Positions 40,787 to 51,662 of a stretch of DNA of 64,000 nucleotides are shown here, in pieces. A model generated the notes under the pieces. That model was given only the letters and a program-made list of their open reading frames with translations. It had not been told where the DNA came from and did not search any database. The DNA is taken from contig BCIN01000003.1 of NCBI GenBank assembly GCA_039545335.1, positions 1,499,941 through 1,563,940 on the forward strand, in the 5' to 3' direction. Within the stretch, counting starts at the first letter, position 1. Every line of letters begins with the position of its first letter. A program made the position numbers and the translations under genes. The DNA is from Kondoa subrosea. Its lineage: Eukaryota.

Positions 40787-43700
40787 TCATTGATCTTCTT
40801 TCCTCTCTATCACCGCACTCTGATCAATCTCTACTGTTGTTGCACGCGAAGTTGAGCCCGAAGTGGATGCTTGCGGCTGAAAGAACGCGTTCAATTTGCT
40901 CTGGCCTTTAACTCTCTGATTTGTACTCTTCTTGTAAGCAGTAACGGATGCGTTGGCAGTCCGCAATTCTGGAAGATCATGTCCAAATCAGCAACTTGTC
41001 GCCTGAAGCAAGAAGTGGAGCTTACGATGATGCAGCGTATGAGAGAGTCTAGTGACCTGATTCCTAGCTTTGTTTCGCAAAGGGTTGTTCGTGCGGGCAG
41101 TCACACCTGTAATGAGAGCATATTAGCTGGTGCGAAAGACTCTGCTTGACGATATGACCTACGAATGCCTCTGTCTGTATTGGTCAACGCATCTCCCATC
41201 TCGTCAACAAACTTTCGAAGGTCTTTGCCATTCACTCGTCCTTCTTGTGGTTCAGTACGCAGCAGATCCACCCATAGATCAGACAGAACAATTTGAAGTA
41301 GGCAAGTAGAATAGTAGAGGTTGGCCTCGCTGAAATCATCTTGCGCATAGAAAGGACCGCTTTTGGCTGGTGATCTGACCATCTCAAGAAGAGGTGTCAA
41401 CACTGGTGCTTCGCGGAATGACGCCTGTGCCCAATGTCAGCTTGTAACGAGAGCTAGATAAGCATAACATACCAAAGGAAGATCGTCTGGGATGTCAGTA
41501 ACTAGAAGACCCCAAGCAAGCCATCTTCTGGAGATCTTGTCTGCTGTGTAGCGATGAGGGAAGATGTTGGCGACCTCGAACTGATACTGTCGATTTTGGT
41601 CAACACAGAAAGCCATGACTTCTTCGAACAGACTTCGCCGCTGTGTAGGTGCATCAGTACTCTTAACATTTGACATACTCACTGCACATACAGTGATAAG
41701 ATCATCAGCTCCGAAAGAATGCAACAAGCTATGTATAGCTTTTTCTAATGGTGTGCGAATACTGCCAGAGGTTGGATCGACCGATAGCCGAGTGAGCAGG
41801 ACTATAAGGTTGACAGAGCTTTCCGGAGTGGAAGTCCATGAACTTGCAGTAATTTAAGTATATACCGCGATATAGAAGGGAGAAACAAGCTCACCCGCAT
41901 TGACCGATCTCTTCGGCAACGCGTAGAAGTCGCAGCAGAGCTACTTTGCGAAGCTTTGGATCTACCACCTTAGGTGTTGAGGGTAGCACAGCTCGTTCGC
42001 CTTCGATGGGTTGTTTGCCTTTGTCATTCTTTTGCGGCAATTCGACTAAAGACGGGCTGGCACCAAGGTCCAGAAGTGCTCTCGTAATTTGTGTAATGTT
42101 GATAGGAGCATTATCGGCTGAGGATATTTTCTTGCTTGACTCGCGCAAGAGTGCCAATAGAAGATTGAGTACAGGTGAAGCAAGATCACGAGACGTCGAT
42201 GGGTGGATTACTACAATTTAACAAGAGATTAAATCGAGTTAAAGCAAATGCGAATGCTGCTGACCTAAGTTGAAGCACCAGGAAATCGCAGTAGTGATGC
42301 TCTCGGAATCTAGCGAGCTGTTGACCGAATGCACAAGACTCCAAGGGAACGGCGAGGAGTCCGTCTTATTCTCTGTAATATGATGAGCTAAGTGTAAGCG
42401 AATAACAAATAGCTCGTACTTTGCAGGAACTCGCTAAGCTGTCGCAAGAAGGTTTGAGCTGGCCACGATGTTGACTCGGGAAGTACATAAGACTACAGAT
42501 GATCGCTTAGATGACTGTCTGTCAAACGAAGTGCGCACGCACCTCAATACTGGTCGCTTTCTCGGCATCAAAATCAATCCAGAATTTCCTTGCTTCTAAG
42601 GCAGCGCTTTTGGCTACTTCATCTTCGGTTTGTTCTTCCAAGACAGCATCCAATATCTTATTAGTCTTCTTGCCTCCGCCAAGCAGTTTTGCAAAAGCGC
42701 CCGAAGAAGCCCGTAATGCATCGAGTTCTTCTTTGGTTTGAACGCCATCTGTCTCTTCTTCATCTAGACCTTCTTGACGAATCTGATAAGAGTAAAGTCA
42801 GTCATGTGCGGACAAACACTAGAGGCCGTTTACCAAAGCAGCAAGCTCTTCTGCCTGTTCAGCAGTGAGGAATCCTCTCTTCTCCCTGTTCTTCTTCTCT
42901 TTGACCAATTTGGCCAAACTGAATTGACCTTTACCACCAAAATCGCCAACTCCTTCATTCCAATCATCCAACATTGATTTCGTGCTTGTCTCTTCGATCG
43001 CCTCTTCTTCTTGTGCAAGAATGGTTGATGTTCTGCCTCTTGTGATCTTTTTGACAGGAGAAGAAGATTTAGCTATAGATTGCTTGTTAGTGGCGGCTGA
43101 TGAATCTTGACCAGTCAAACGTTTCTCAGCAGCTCGAGCAGCTTCTTCCCTCTCTTCTCTTGCTTCTCTAGCTTTTGTAGCTGCTTCAGATGCTTTAGCT
43201 GCAGCTTCAGCAGGATCGATCAAATCATCATCCGATTCATCAGAGAAACGAGATTTCTTGGCTGAAGGTTCTTGTGTTGCTTGGGCGACTGGTTTAGATG
43301 TACTAGTGTGAGGTTTCTTGCTTGCTAATAATCGGGCAGCGAAATCTTTGCCGGACTCTCCTGGTAGGCGAGCAAATCTTTTCGGTGCAGGAGCTGGAGG
43401 AGTAGGTTCGGTAGAAAAGCGAGAAGCAAGAGGCGAAGTCGTCGACATTTCACGATATCCTCCTTTGGCTGAATCTGGCGATTTCCTTTTACTTGGACTG
43501 AGCATTTGAGCTATTGCGTTATCTTCTTCATCTAGGTCCATCCGACTTTGACCATTTGTAAAGACCTTTTGCCTTGAAGAAGCTTTGTTAGGCGATCCTC
43601 TCAGAAGGGAGTGTTTCGGAGGGGAAGTAGGCTTGCTTCTATTGAGATCAACTCTGACATCAACTTCTACAGAGAATTCTCGTTGCGGGACCCGAGTCCG

Positions 43701-44665
43701 TTCTGATACTGGTTCAATGGCTGGTACGACCTGTTTGCTAGATTTGCGAGCCATATTAGGTCTCTTGATTTGGGCGGAAGGTTTAGGTGAAGCTTTAGCT
43801 GTTGGTTCGGGAGATAGAAGTCTGGGTGATCTACGCGGAGAAGCGAGATTCCCGGCATTTGAGGGTGGAGCAAGAGTTCTTGACATTGCTGGAGACATGA
43901 GAAGAGTCTTTGGAACAGAAGGGCTACCGGTGACTCGTGAAGCGCCAGGTGAGTTATCGATAGCGGAAGCAACCTTTGATGTGGACGCAACTGGTTCAGG
44001 TGTATCGATGTCCAGAACAGTTGCTGTACTAGGAATTGGCATTTTGGCTTTGCCTTTACTTTTGGCTTGACGTTCAGAAGGTTCAGGTGAGCAGAGGTCA
44101 ATAGTCTTCTTAGGTGCAGGTTTCGAGAAGACGTGTACGATGTCGGAGCCGTCACTGCTAACAGAAACCACGGATTCTGCTTCTTCACCAGAAGATACGT
44201 ATAGCGGCTCGATTGCTGGGTTTATACTTGTATTGGTAGGTACTGATTGATTAGCAGATGCTCGCAACGCTGGCATTTGACTAGCAAGGGGCTCCAATTT
44301 GGGTCTTTTCGCTTGAGGTTGATCTTTGCTTGCACTCGAGCTCAGACTTGCCATACGCTTGCTGCCCAGTACTGAGTCAGGAATAAAACCCAGACCACTA
44401 TCGTCAGGACTTTGTGAGGGTGTTGAAGGAGTGACTGAAGCTGAAGGTTTGCGTGAAAAGAAGTCTGTGATTGAAGATGCTCGCAGCTTATTAGGCTTAT
44501 CGGCACTTGCTGTGCGCTTGCTGTCAGCGATTCAAAAGCATATTAATGGCAGATCAAGGTCAAGAGCAGTTTCATGACAGACATTTGACTAGATTTGGCC
44601 GACTTTAATGAAGGGCTGGAGTGACTGCTAGCAGGAGCGCTGCTATTCTCTGATAGGATAGGCAT
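40787..44665 (-). CDS. Large hypothetical nuclear protein: disordered S/P/K-rich N-half, helical C-half, C-terminal PIP-box-like motif
   Basis: Exons join into one reading frame from MPILSENSS... through the 511-aa ORF to ...QSKLNAFF...RKEDQ*; family not firmly recognised. Confidence 0.7.
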
Positions 44666-44834
44666 GATTGTACAGCGCGAATGGTACAAAGCAAACAAAG
44701 CTTGCTCGCGTTCCCCTTCTCCTTTTCGAAGACTTCAACGGAAAACAACAAACTCTTCAGAAGGCGTCTTCTTCGAGCTATCTCAAAGCGTATGAGCAGC
44801 ATCACTTAAGAAAACGCGAGAAACTCACTCGTCA

Positions 44835-46055
44835 TCACGAATTGTCTGTTACCTCATTGCCAATATTTGGGTCAATGGGCACGGAAGATTCAACCTGCAT
44901 TACTCACTCATAAGTAAGACAGAAGCAAAAGATCGCAACACTCACAGCAATATCAGATGAACGCAATCGCTTCGCCGGAGGTGAACAATCGGCATTAGCC
45001 ATCGCCGTTGATGTTCCATCTTGAATATCCAAGCTAGCTTGAACTTCCGCTGCACTTGTAGCTCTCATTTTGGATTTCTTCTTGGCCGCAATGCTACCTT
45101 CTCTCCCTCTCCTAGTCTTGCCATCCAAGAAAGTCCTTGCCATCGCAACTGCTTTCCAACCCTCTTCGTGACAATAAGACAATTCCTCAGCTAGATTTTC
45201 CACCATGACAATGAATTCTTGCTGATTCGCTTGACTTTGCTTGGTCCATGATAGCTTGATATCGAGACATTTGCTTCCAACCGTTCTGACATGTCCTTGT
45301 ATTTCAGCATATCGATCTTCATCTACTAAAATCCCATCTTTGGTTTCTATCACTTTCTTCATGATTGGATGTCGAACGTTCTTGTTCGGATGAGCTACTG
45401 GATCTTTCATTGCATCTTCTTTGGTCCAGAACCGAACTGCAGGGTAATCTTTCTGTTCGCGAGCAATTCGAGCGTATGATTCTTGAGGGGAGTTGACGCC
45501 TGTGCGTCGAGGGACTGTGGATGCCGTGTTTCGACTAGTAGATGCGACTAGTGGTGATAGATTGTAATCTGCTGGAGACGCGTCTGGAGGCAGAACGCTT
45601 GGTAGAGGGAGCGAAACGGAAGATAGAGGAATGTCTAGAGATTGCGGCTCAGGATCTGTGGCTTGTGTGCCATTCTGCAAGAGGGTGGTCAGAGTGAGAA
45701 TCTTGCCCTCGGCTGCAGCCTATACAGTGAATTCGAATCAGAAGATGAGAATGATAAAGATTCGAAAGAAATGAACATGTTGAGTCAAGAGATTGACATA
45801 GAGCTGATTGCCCAGCAACTGCTGATGAGTTAGATTGGCTATATCCAGAGACGGAGCGGATTCAGAAGCGAGAGCACTTTGAAGGAATTGGTTGTCGCTT
45901 GAAGTGGTGCCAGGTTGCGCTCTCTCCTCTGCTTGGCTGCTCAGACTGCATTCTACCTGGACTTCGGTCGCAAACTGACCTTCCATTTCGATGACTGGGT
46001 CTGCGGAAGCCGTTGTACCCTTCCAAGACAAATTGAAGAAATTGAAGTCACTCAT
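44835..46055 (-). CDS. Hypothetical protein with a compact Trp-containing domain
   Basis: ORFs 45738-46055 and 44904-45680 plus a short last exon; globular segment YPAVRFWTKE...IETKDG...W...LSYCHEEGWKA. Confidence 0.6.
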
Positions 46056-46280
46056 AGTGTCTCGGATTTGACAAGGCTCTATATACGGTCACAGATGCAT
46101 ACGCTCAGATCTATTCGGTTTATTTATATTCTCTTATGTTACGAGATCAAAGCACAATTTTGGTCAACTCATGTCTGACCTACACGTAGTAGCCCAAACT
46201 TGATGGAACCGAAGATAGAATTATATGCTAGGTTAACATTGGTAGACGAAACTTGCGCGAGCTTTTCAAAGCATCAACAA

Positions 46281-47588
46281 CTAATATTGACGATCGGAAA
46301 ACTGATTGTATTGTGGTCTCCTGCTATTTGCCGAAGGATAATACTGGCTTCGGAAGGTGTGGTCGGAGGTATACTGCTGAGGTCGACTTCGTGCTTCACG
46401 ATTTAGCCGATCTTTCTCTCTGTCTCTTGCTATTTGACGTCGAGCCTCGTCCTCTGCAGCTCTTTGCCGCTCTAATTGCTGTTGTCGTCGCAATCTGTCC
46501 TCCTCTTCCGCTTCGTACTTTCTTGTTGCAGACTTTGCCTCGGAGTAGTGATGATCATCGTCCTTCTTCAGATCGTCCATCATTTGTATATAGGTCTGTG
46601 TTTTCGGCAATGAACGCAATCGAATTGCAATATTGTATCGAAGCTCTGAAATCTCTTCCTCCGCGATGTAATAAGCAGAAGAATCCTGCTCCAATGAGGT
46701 CAATCGAAGGCGGATTTCGCAGACTCCTTGCTTGACCTACCCAACGACCTTGCCTAGCGAGTCTGGTCCTCTGCTCCCAACGCGTTTTCAAGTGCTTCAA
46801 GTCCTGATGGATTTTCCCAAGGTTTCTCGCTATCAGTTGCGCTTCGTAGTTCCGCTTTGCAGCCTCGGCCTCCAAGTCATGCTTGTGTTCTTCCTCCTCT
46901 AGATCTTTCGCTAGTTGTATATACTCTGATGGTTGCGGTAAGGACTGTCTTTGGTTCTCGATATCGGATAACAGCGCTTGGACTTCCGCTTGCACGTTAC
47001 GGAAATCGGAAGAAGCCTTTCATACAAGGTCAGTGAAGGCCTAGCCGTCGTAAGGACTGCACTTACCGACAAGCCTTGTTCGGCAAGTGCGCTTCTCCTG
47101 CGCCAGTATTGCTCTAATCGATCTTTGTACTTCTTGATTTGATGAAGAACTCTCTCCGTCTGCTCACAGTGAAGTTTTTCGACTTGGGCTTGTTTGTATT
47201 GCTCCAAACTCTCTATAGCCCAGGTATTTGCCTGCCTGAGGATTTGCAGACCTTGGTTTCGTGCCTCAGAATCGATTCGAGGCAGGCTTTTGAATGTGAG
47301 GTCCGCTTGATTACGAGCTAGAGATGCCTTCTTCATCATCTTTTGGACTTCAGCCACTAATTTGGGGTCATCCTTCCATCTCGTGGTATGTGCTGCCAAT
47401 CTATCTGAGATAATATACGTGCTTCGCAAGGTCTCCCGGAGTGCTTCTTGGCCCGATACGCTGAGGAAGCTGCCGTTAGCGACCAGATTGTTCCGCTTTC
47501 TTAATAGATCATCGAAGTCTCGGCAGTCTTTTGCATAGTCAATGAACTTCTGGGATTTCAGGTAGGACTTTGTGCTGGTAGATTGCAT
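46281..47588 (-). CDS. Hypothetical coiled-coil protein
   Basis: Three successive E/Q/K/R-rich ORFs separated by GT-AG intron-like gaps. Confidence 0.6.
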
Positions 47589-48094
47589 GTTGAAGAAAAG
47601 AGAAGAATTTGGGATTTGATGGTCAAGAGACAGAGCGAAAGAGAGAACTTTTGATCCGAACGGACGTAAGACTGCTCAAGTGATCACGAAGAAGAACTGC
47701 CCCCGGATACAGGACGTAAACCAGCCTCAATTGTAGTATTGAGAGCTGTCGCAGCTTTAGCAAACATTAGGAAGGCGACATCAACAGGCAATATATGATG
47801 TATGCCCAAAAGAAGTATGAACTTAGAGTGCAATATTCCAAATTCGCGTATAGACGTCAAGGAATCGAGAGATTGAAACAAGACTCGCAATGATTGAATG
47901 GAATAGCCATACATGGCAGTCCGAGTTCAAGTGAAATTCGGTCTTTCTACCCAAAGCAGCGACGCCCTTTCTTTTACAAAAGTAAAAGGACGTGAGTACA
48001 TAGCCTATCATCAGGTAGAAGAGCAGGTCTGATTGGGCCTGATGTACAGAGGAACTCTATCGACTCTAGAAAGCTTCGAAAGTCGAAATAGTCT

Positions 48095-50186
48095 ATGAGC
48101 GCACCGCCAACAGCAGCTCCGACTGGTGAGTGAAGACACCAGAAGGGAGCAGGGACTGTAGCTGATGTCCAGGTCACAGGCAAGAAACAAGCATTACCGT
48201 CTCTCGCTGGGGTAAAGACCAAGCAACGCAAAGGAGCAGCCAAGTTACAGGCAAAGCACGAGCCGAACGGTCAGTCCTTGGACCTAGATAGCTGCCTTAG
48301 GACGAGAACTGAAATCAAATGGTGGCTGGACAGTCTTTCGTGATACTCTATGCAAACACCTTGAAGCGGTTCCAGCAGGCGATTTTGACGGCTACGCTAA
48401 AAAGCTTGATGATCTTGGTAGCGTCTTAGACTATCGCAAGTGAGTCTATCACTTCTGTGTGCAGACTTCCCAGCTAAATTGGGACAAGGTATGAACAAGA
48501 ATTCTTTCAGCTCCTGCTTGTCGGCCGCCTTCTTGCCCCTGGAGGAGGATACCTTCAAGATGGATCATCTCCTTCTCCATTCTCTGTCATTGGATCTGCC
48601 AAAGAACCAGCAGAACTTGGCAATATCAAGACTGTCGCGGAAGTTTTCAACAAGCTGATCAGACGGTGCGCTCCCTATACATTCTTACGTTATGCATTTC
48701 TCATTCTCGCTGCAGATACAAATACTTGCAAAGTGTGGCACATCTTTCGATTCTCTGCTCAAACGCTAATGAGGCAAACAGAGGATTTCGAAGAAACTTC
48801 TCTTCCTGCAGTTTTGCAACATGTCAATAAGTTTGATACTGCTACAGCAGCACCTGGATCAGGCGCCAACACACCTGTAGGTACGGCAACCCCTTTGCCC
48901 AACTTATCGACCGGACTTGCTTCGGCTCCTCCTTCTCGCTCAAGCACACCTCAACCTGGTGTCACTTTGCCTGGACCTAGACCAAACCAAGACAAATTAG
49001 CTATGATCACTGCTGTTTTCGTCACTACTGGTGTCGCTGCTCCCACGGTCTTGGCTAGCATCAAGAAGGATCATTTGGTCAAGGATGGTCAGTGGCCTGT
49101 CGAAGTAGATTGAATTTTAGCTGACTGCAGAAGTCCGTATTGACAGGCACTACTCTTGCCTTCCTCATCGTCTACTTGAAGACTTACTTGACGAGCGAAT
49201 CCATCGATGTAAGCTTCCCCATCTCAGCATTTCATGTTGCTAATTTTATCGCTCAGCACCTATTCTCTTCCTTACGCCGAGGTGGTTGTCACGACTTGAT
49301 GGAGTTCCTCCCACCTTCTCGTCGCTCTATGCCAGAATTATCTGCCGCTTTCAAAAAGGTTGGACTGGATGCGGTTACGGATAATTTCCAGAAACAAAGA
49401 GCCAACGAAGTCATTAAAGTCACTTCTGCTCATTTGAGAGAAATGATTGCTGGTTCCGACAGTAATGAAGAGGTTCGTGGATGCCTCTGATTAGCCAAGT
49501 GCTTTTCGCTGAGTCATAGGTAATCGGATGGACAGATCATTTCTTACTTGAAAGATCAAGATAGATCTAAAGCTATCCCTGATGTCGACTTTGTCGCTCT
49601 GATTTGGTCGGGATTGGTTTCCAATATCGATATGACTGAGAATCCGGCGGCTTCGGGTGATGAACTCATTAAAGAGCTCAAGGTGAGAGGAGAGAATCTA
49701 TAATTCTACGTCACTCATTCTGTTACAAGGAAACGGCTGCTATCCTGGAACCCTTCTGCCAGAATGGTCGAACTCAAGTCGCACTCATGTGAGCGGCAGC
49801 AGTGGTCTATTCTCGCAAGTTTTTTGGCTTATGTCATTCTGCTTTTTACAGCAACGCTATTCAAAGCTGGTGCTACAAGCATACCAATGTCACCGGCTCA
49901 TTCGTCAAGATTCTTCTTGTGCGTAGTGTTGTAACAAAGTCAAATGTAGACTTGAAGCCAACTGTCTTGCACAGGTTCTATTCAACTTGGATGTCTTGTC
50001 AAGCGATGCTATCATATACTGGCACAGTAAAGGGTCTAGACCTGATGGTCGTCAGCAATTCTTGAAACAAGCTGAACCTTTAGTCAAGGTGCGTGAAATT
50101 TGTTGATTTTCGCTTCCAATAAGCTGAATAAACCGGTAATTGCACAGAAATTGGAAGAGCAGGAAGAAGAATCAGATGAGGAATAG
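48095..50186 (+). CDS. eIF5-mimic protein (5MP/BZW, MA3 + W2 domains), many exons
   Basis: PSLAGVKTKQRKG...KHEP|NVFRD, LDYRK|YEQEFFQLLLVGRLLAPGG, FNKLIRR|YKYL, KLAMITA, DVLSSDAIIYWH; acidic end EEQEEESDEE*. Confidence 0.9.
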
Positions 50187-50261
50187 ATACATAGAAGGGA
50201 GATATGTCTTTAGTACCGATTAGCCGAAAATTGGAATGACGATTTCTCCAACTCGCTTGTT

Positions 50262-51508
50262 ATGCTTCAACGAGTTGCTCAGCTTTCTCGACACTTGACT
50301 ACTACTGCTATCAAGATGGGACGCGTAGAAGGAACAGAGTCGTTCCGTTTCAATCGTAAGCTACATTTGAGCCAGTGGACAACTTGTATTTCAGCTGATA
50401 ATATGAATAAGACACTATGTTCAGGAGTGAGTCTCGCAGCCATTGCATGAGATTCGAAGTCTGATGCAGGCTATCCCAGTCAAGGATCCAAAGGCAAGCC
50501 TAGCATACTCGTATTATGTCAAGCATTGACTGACGCTGTGCCATGACTTGCAGGTTTCGATTCCTTTCGTATGCTCCTGTTTGACCGATGTCACTTGAAC
50601 TGATTTTATGGCGCCGCATAGTATACCGAGATCTTCGTGAGTCCGGCTGGATATACTCGTCTGCGAGTTTTCTGAGCCCGGTACACACAGGGCATGGAAT
50701 TGATCGACAAGCATGAAGCTTCCGACTTCACTCTTTGTTAGTCTGTCTTCATAGTCTTTAGCTTGCGCTGAGTTTGCCAATAGACTTCTTGGCTTTCGAG
50801 TATGTATGGATCATTTGCACCGGTATCGTGCTCATACCGTCCAAATAGTCACGATGACGGAAAGCTCAGCGATGAAGAGAAGGCTTCCAAGAGATTTGGC
50901 CGCGAAGGTCATTTGATTTATCCAAGCTCAAGTTATTAAACTTGCTTATTTACTCGATAGGCATTCTCGAATTGACTCACAATCATGGTACCGAGAAGGA
51001 CGAGTCTTTCAAGGCGAGATTCGCTTGAATGTTAGGCGAGATTGTCGCTAACTCGAGAGCGTTTCGCAGGGTTACTGCAGTGGTAATGAAGGTAAAGCGA
51101 ATTGCTTCTCTGACGCGCATATAAGCTAACTCAACAAATGACGCAAGACGAGCACAAAGGTACAGTTTCAGCTTCATTGCTCTCGCAAGATTATCTAAGC
51201 ATTTCTAAATAGGCTTCGGTCACATTGCTATCTCTACTGAGAACATCGAAGATGCTTGCAAGAGACTTGAAGACAAGGGTGTCAAATTCAAGAAGCGTTT
51301 GACCGACGGAAAGATGAAGCACATTGCCTTTGCTCTTGACCCTGACGGTTGTAAGTTAGAGCTGCTTCCTAGTCCAAACCTTGATGCTGATCTTTTGTAT
51401 TTCAATTGTAAAGACTGGATTGAAGTACGCCAGTGCCCTGTGACGTTTCCTTTGTCCGCTTAACTTTGCTTTCTGCAGATCGTCCCAGCCACTCGCAAGG
51501 GACCTTAA
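50262..51508 (+). CDS. GLO1: Glyoxalase I (lactoylglutathione lyase), single domain, about 14 exons; second in-frame ATG at 50316
   Basis: Spliced: FNHTMFRIKDPKVSIPFYTEIFGMELI...FTLYFLAF...ILELTHNHGTE...GFGHIAIS...DGKMKHIAFALDPDGYWIEIV. Confidence 0.93.
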
Positions 51509-51662
51509 ATGTCAAAGGGGGAAGGTTTAGCGAGAGAAGGAAGAAACAAATAACTATGAATTGCATGTTTGTGACAAGGCACTTTCTCGCGCGTTTGCCG
51601 ATCACATTTTCCGGTGTTCTTTATAAAGCACCAACATGAGCTTGAAATGACACCCAACAGAG

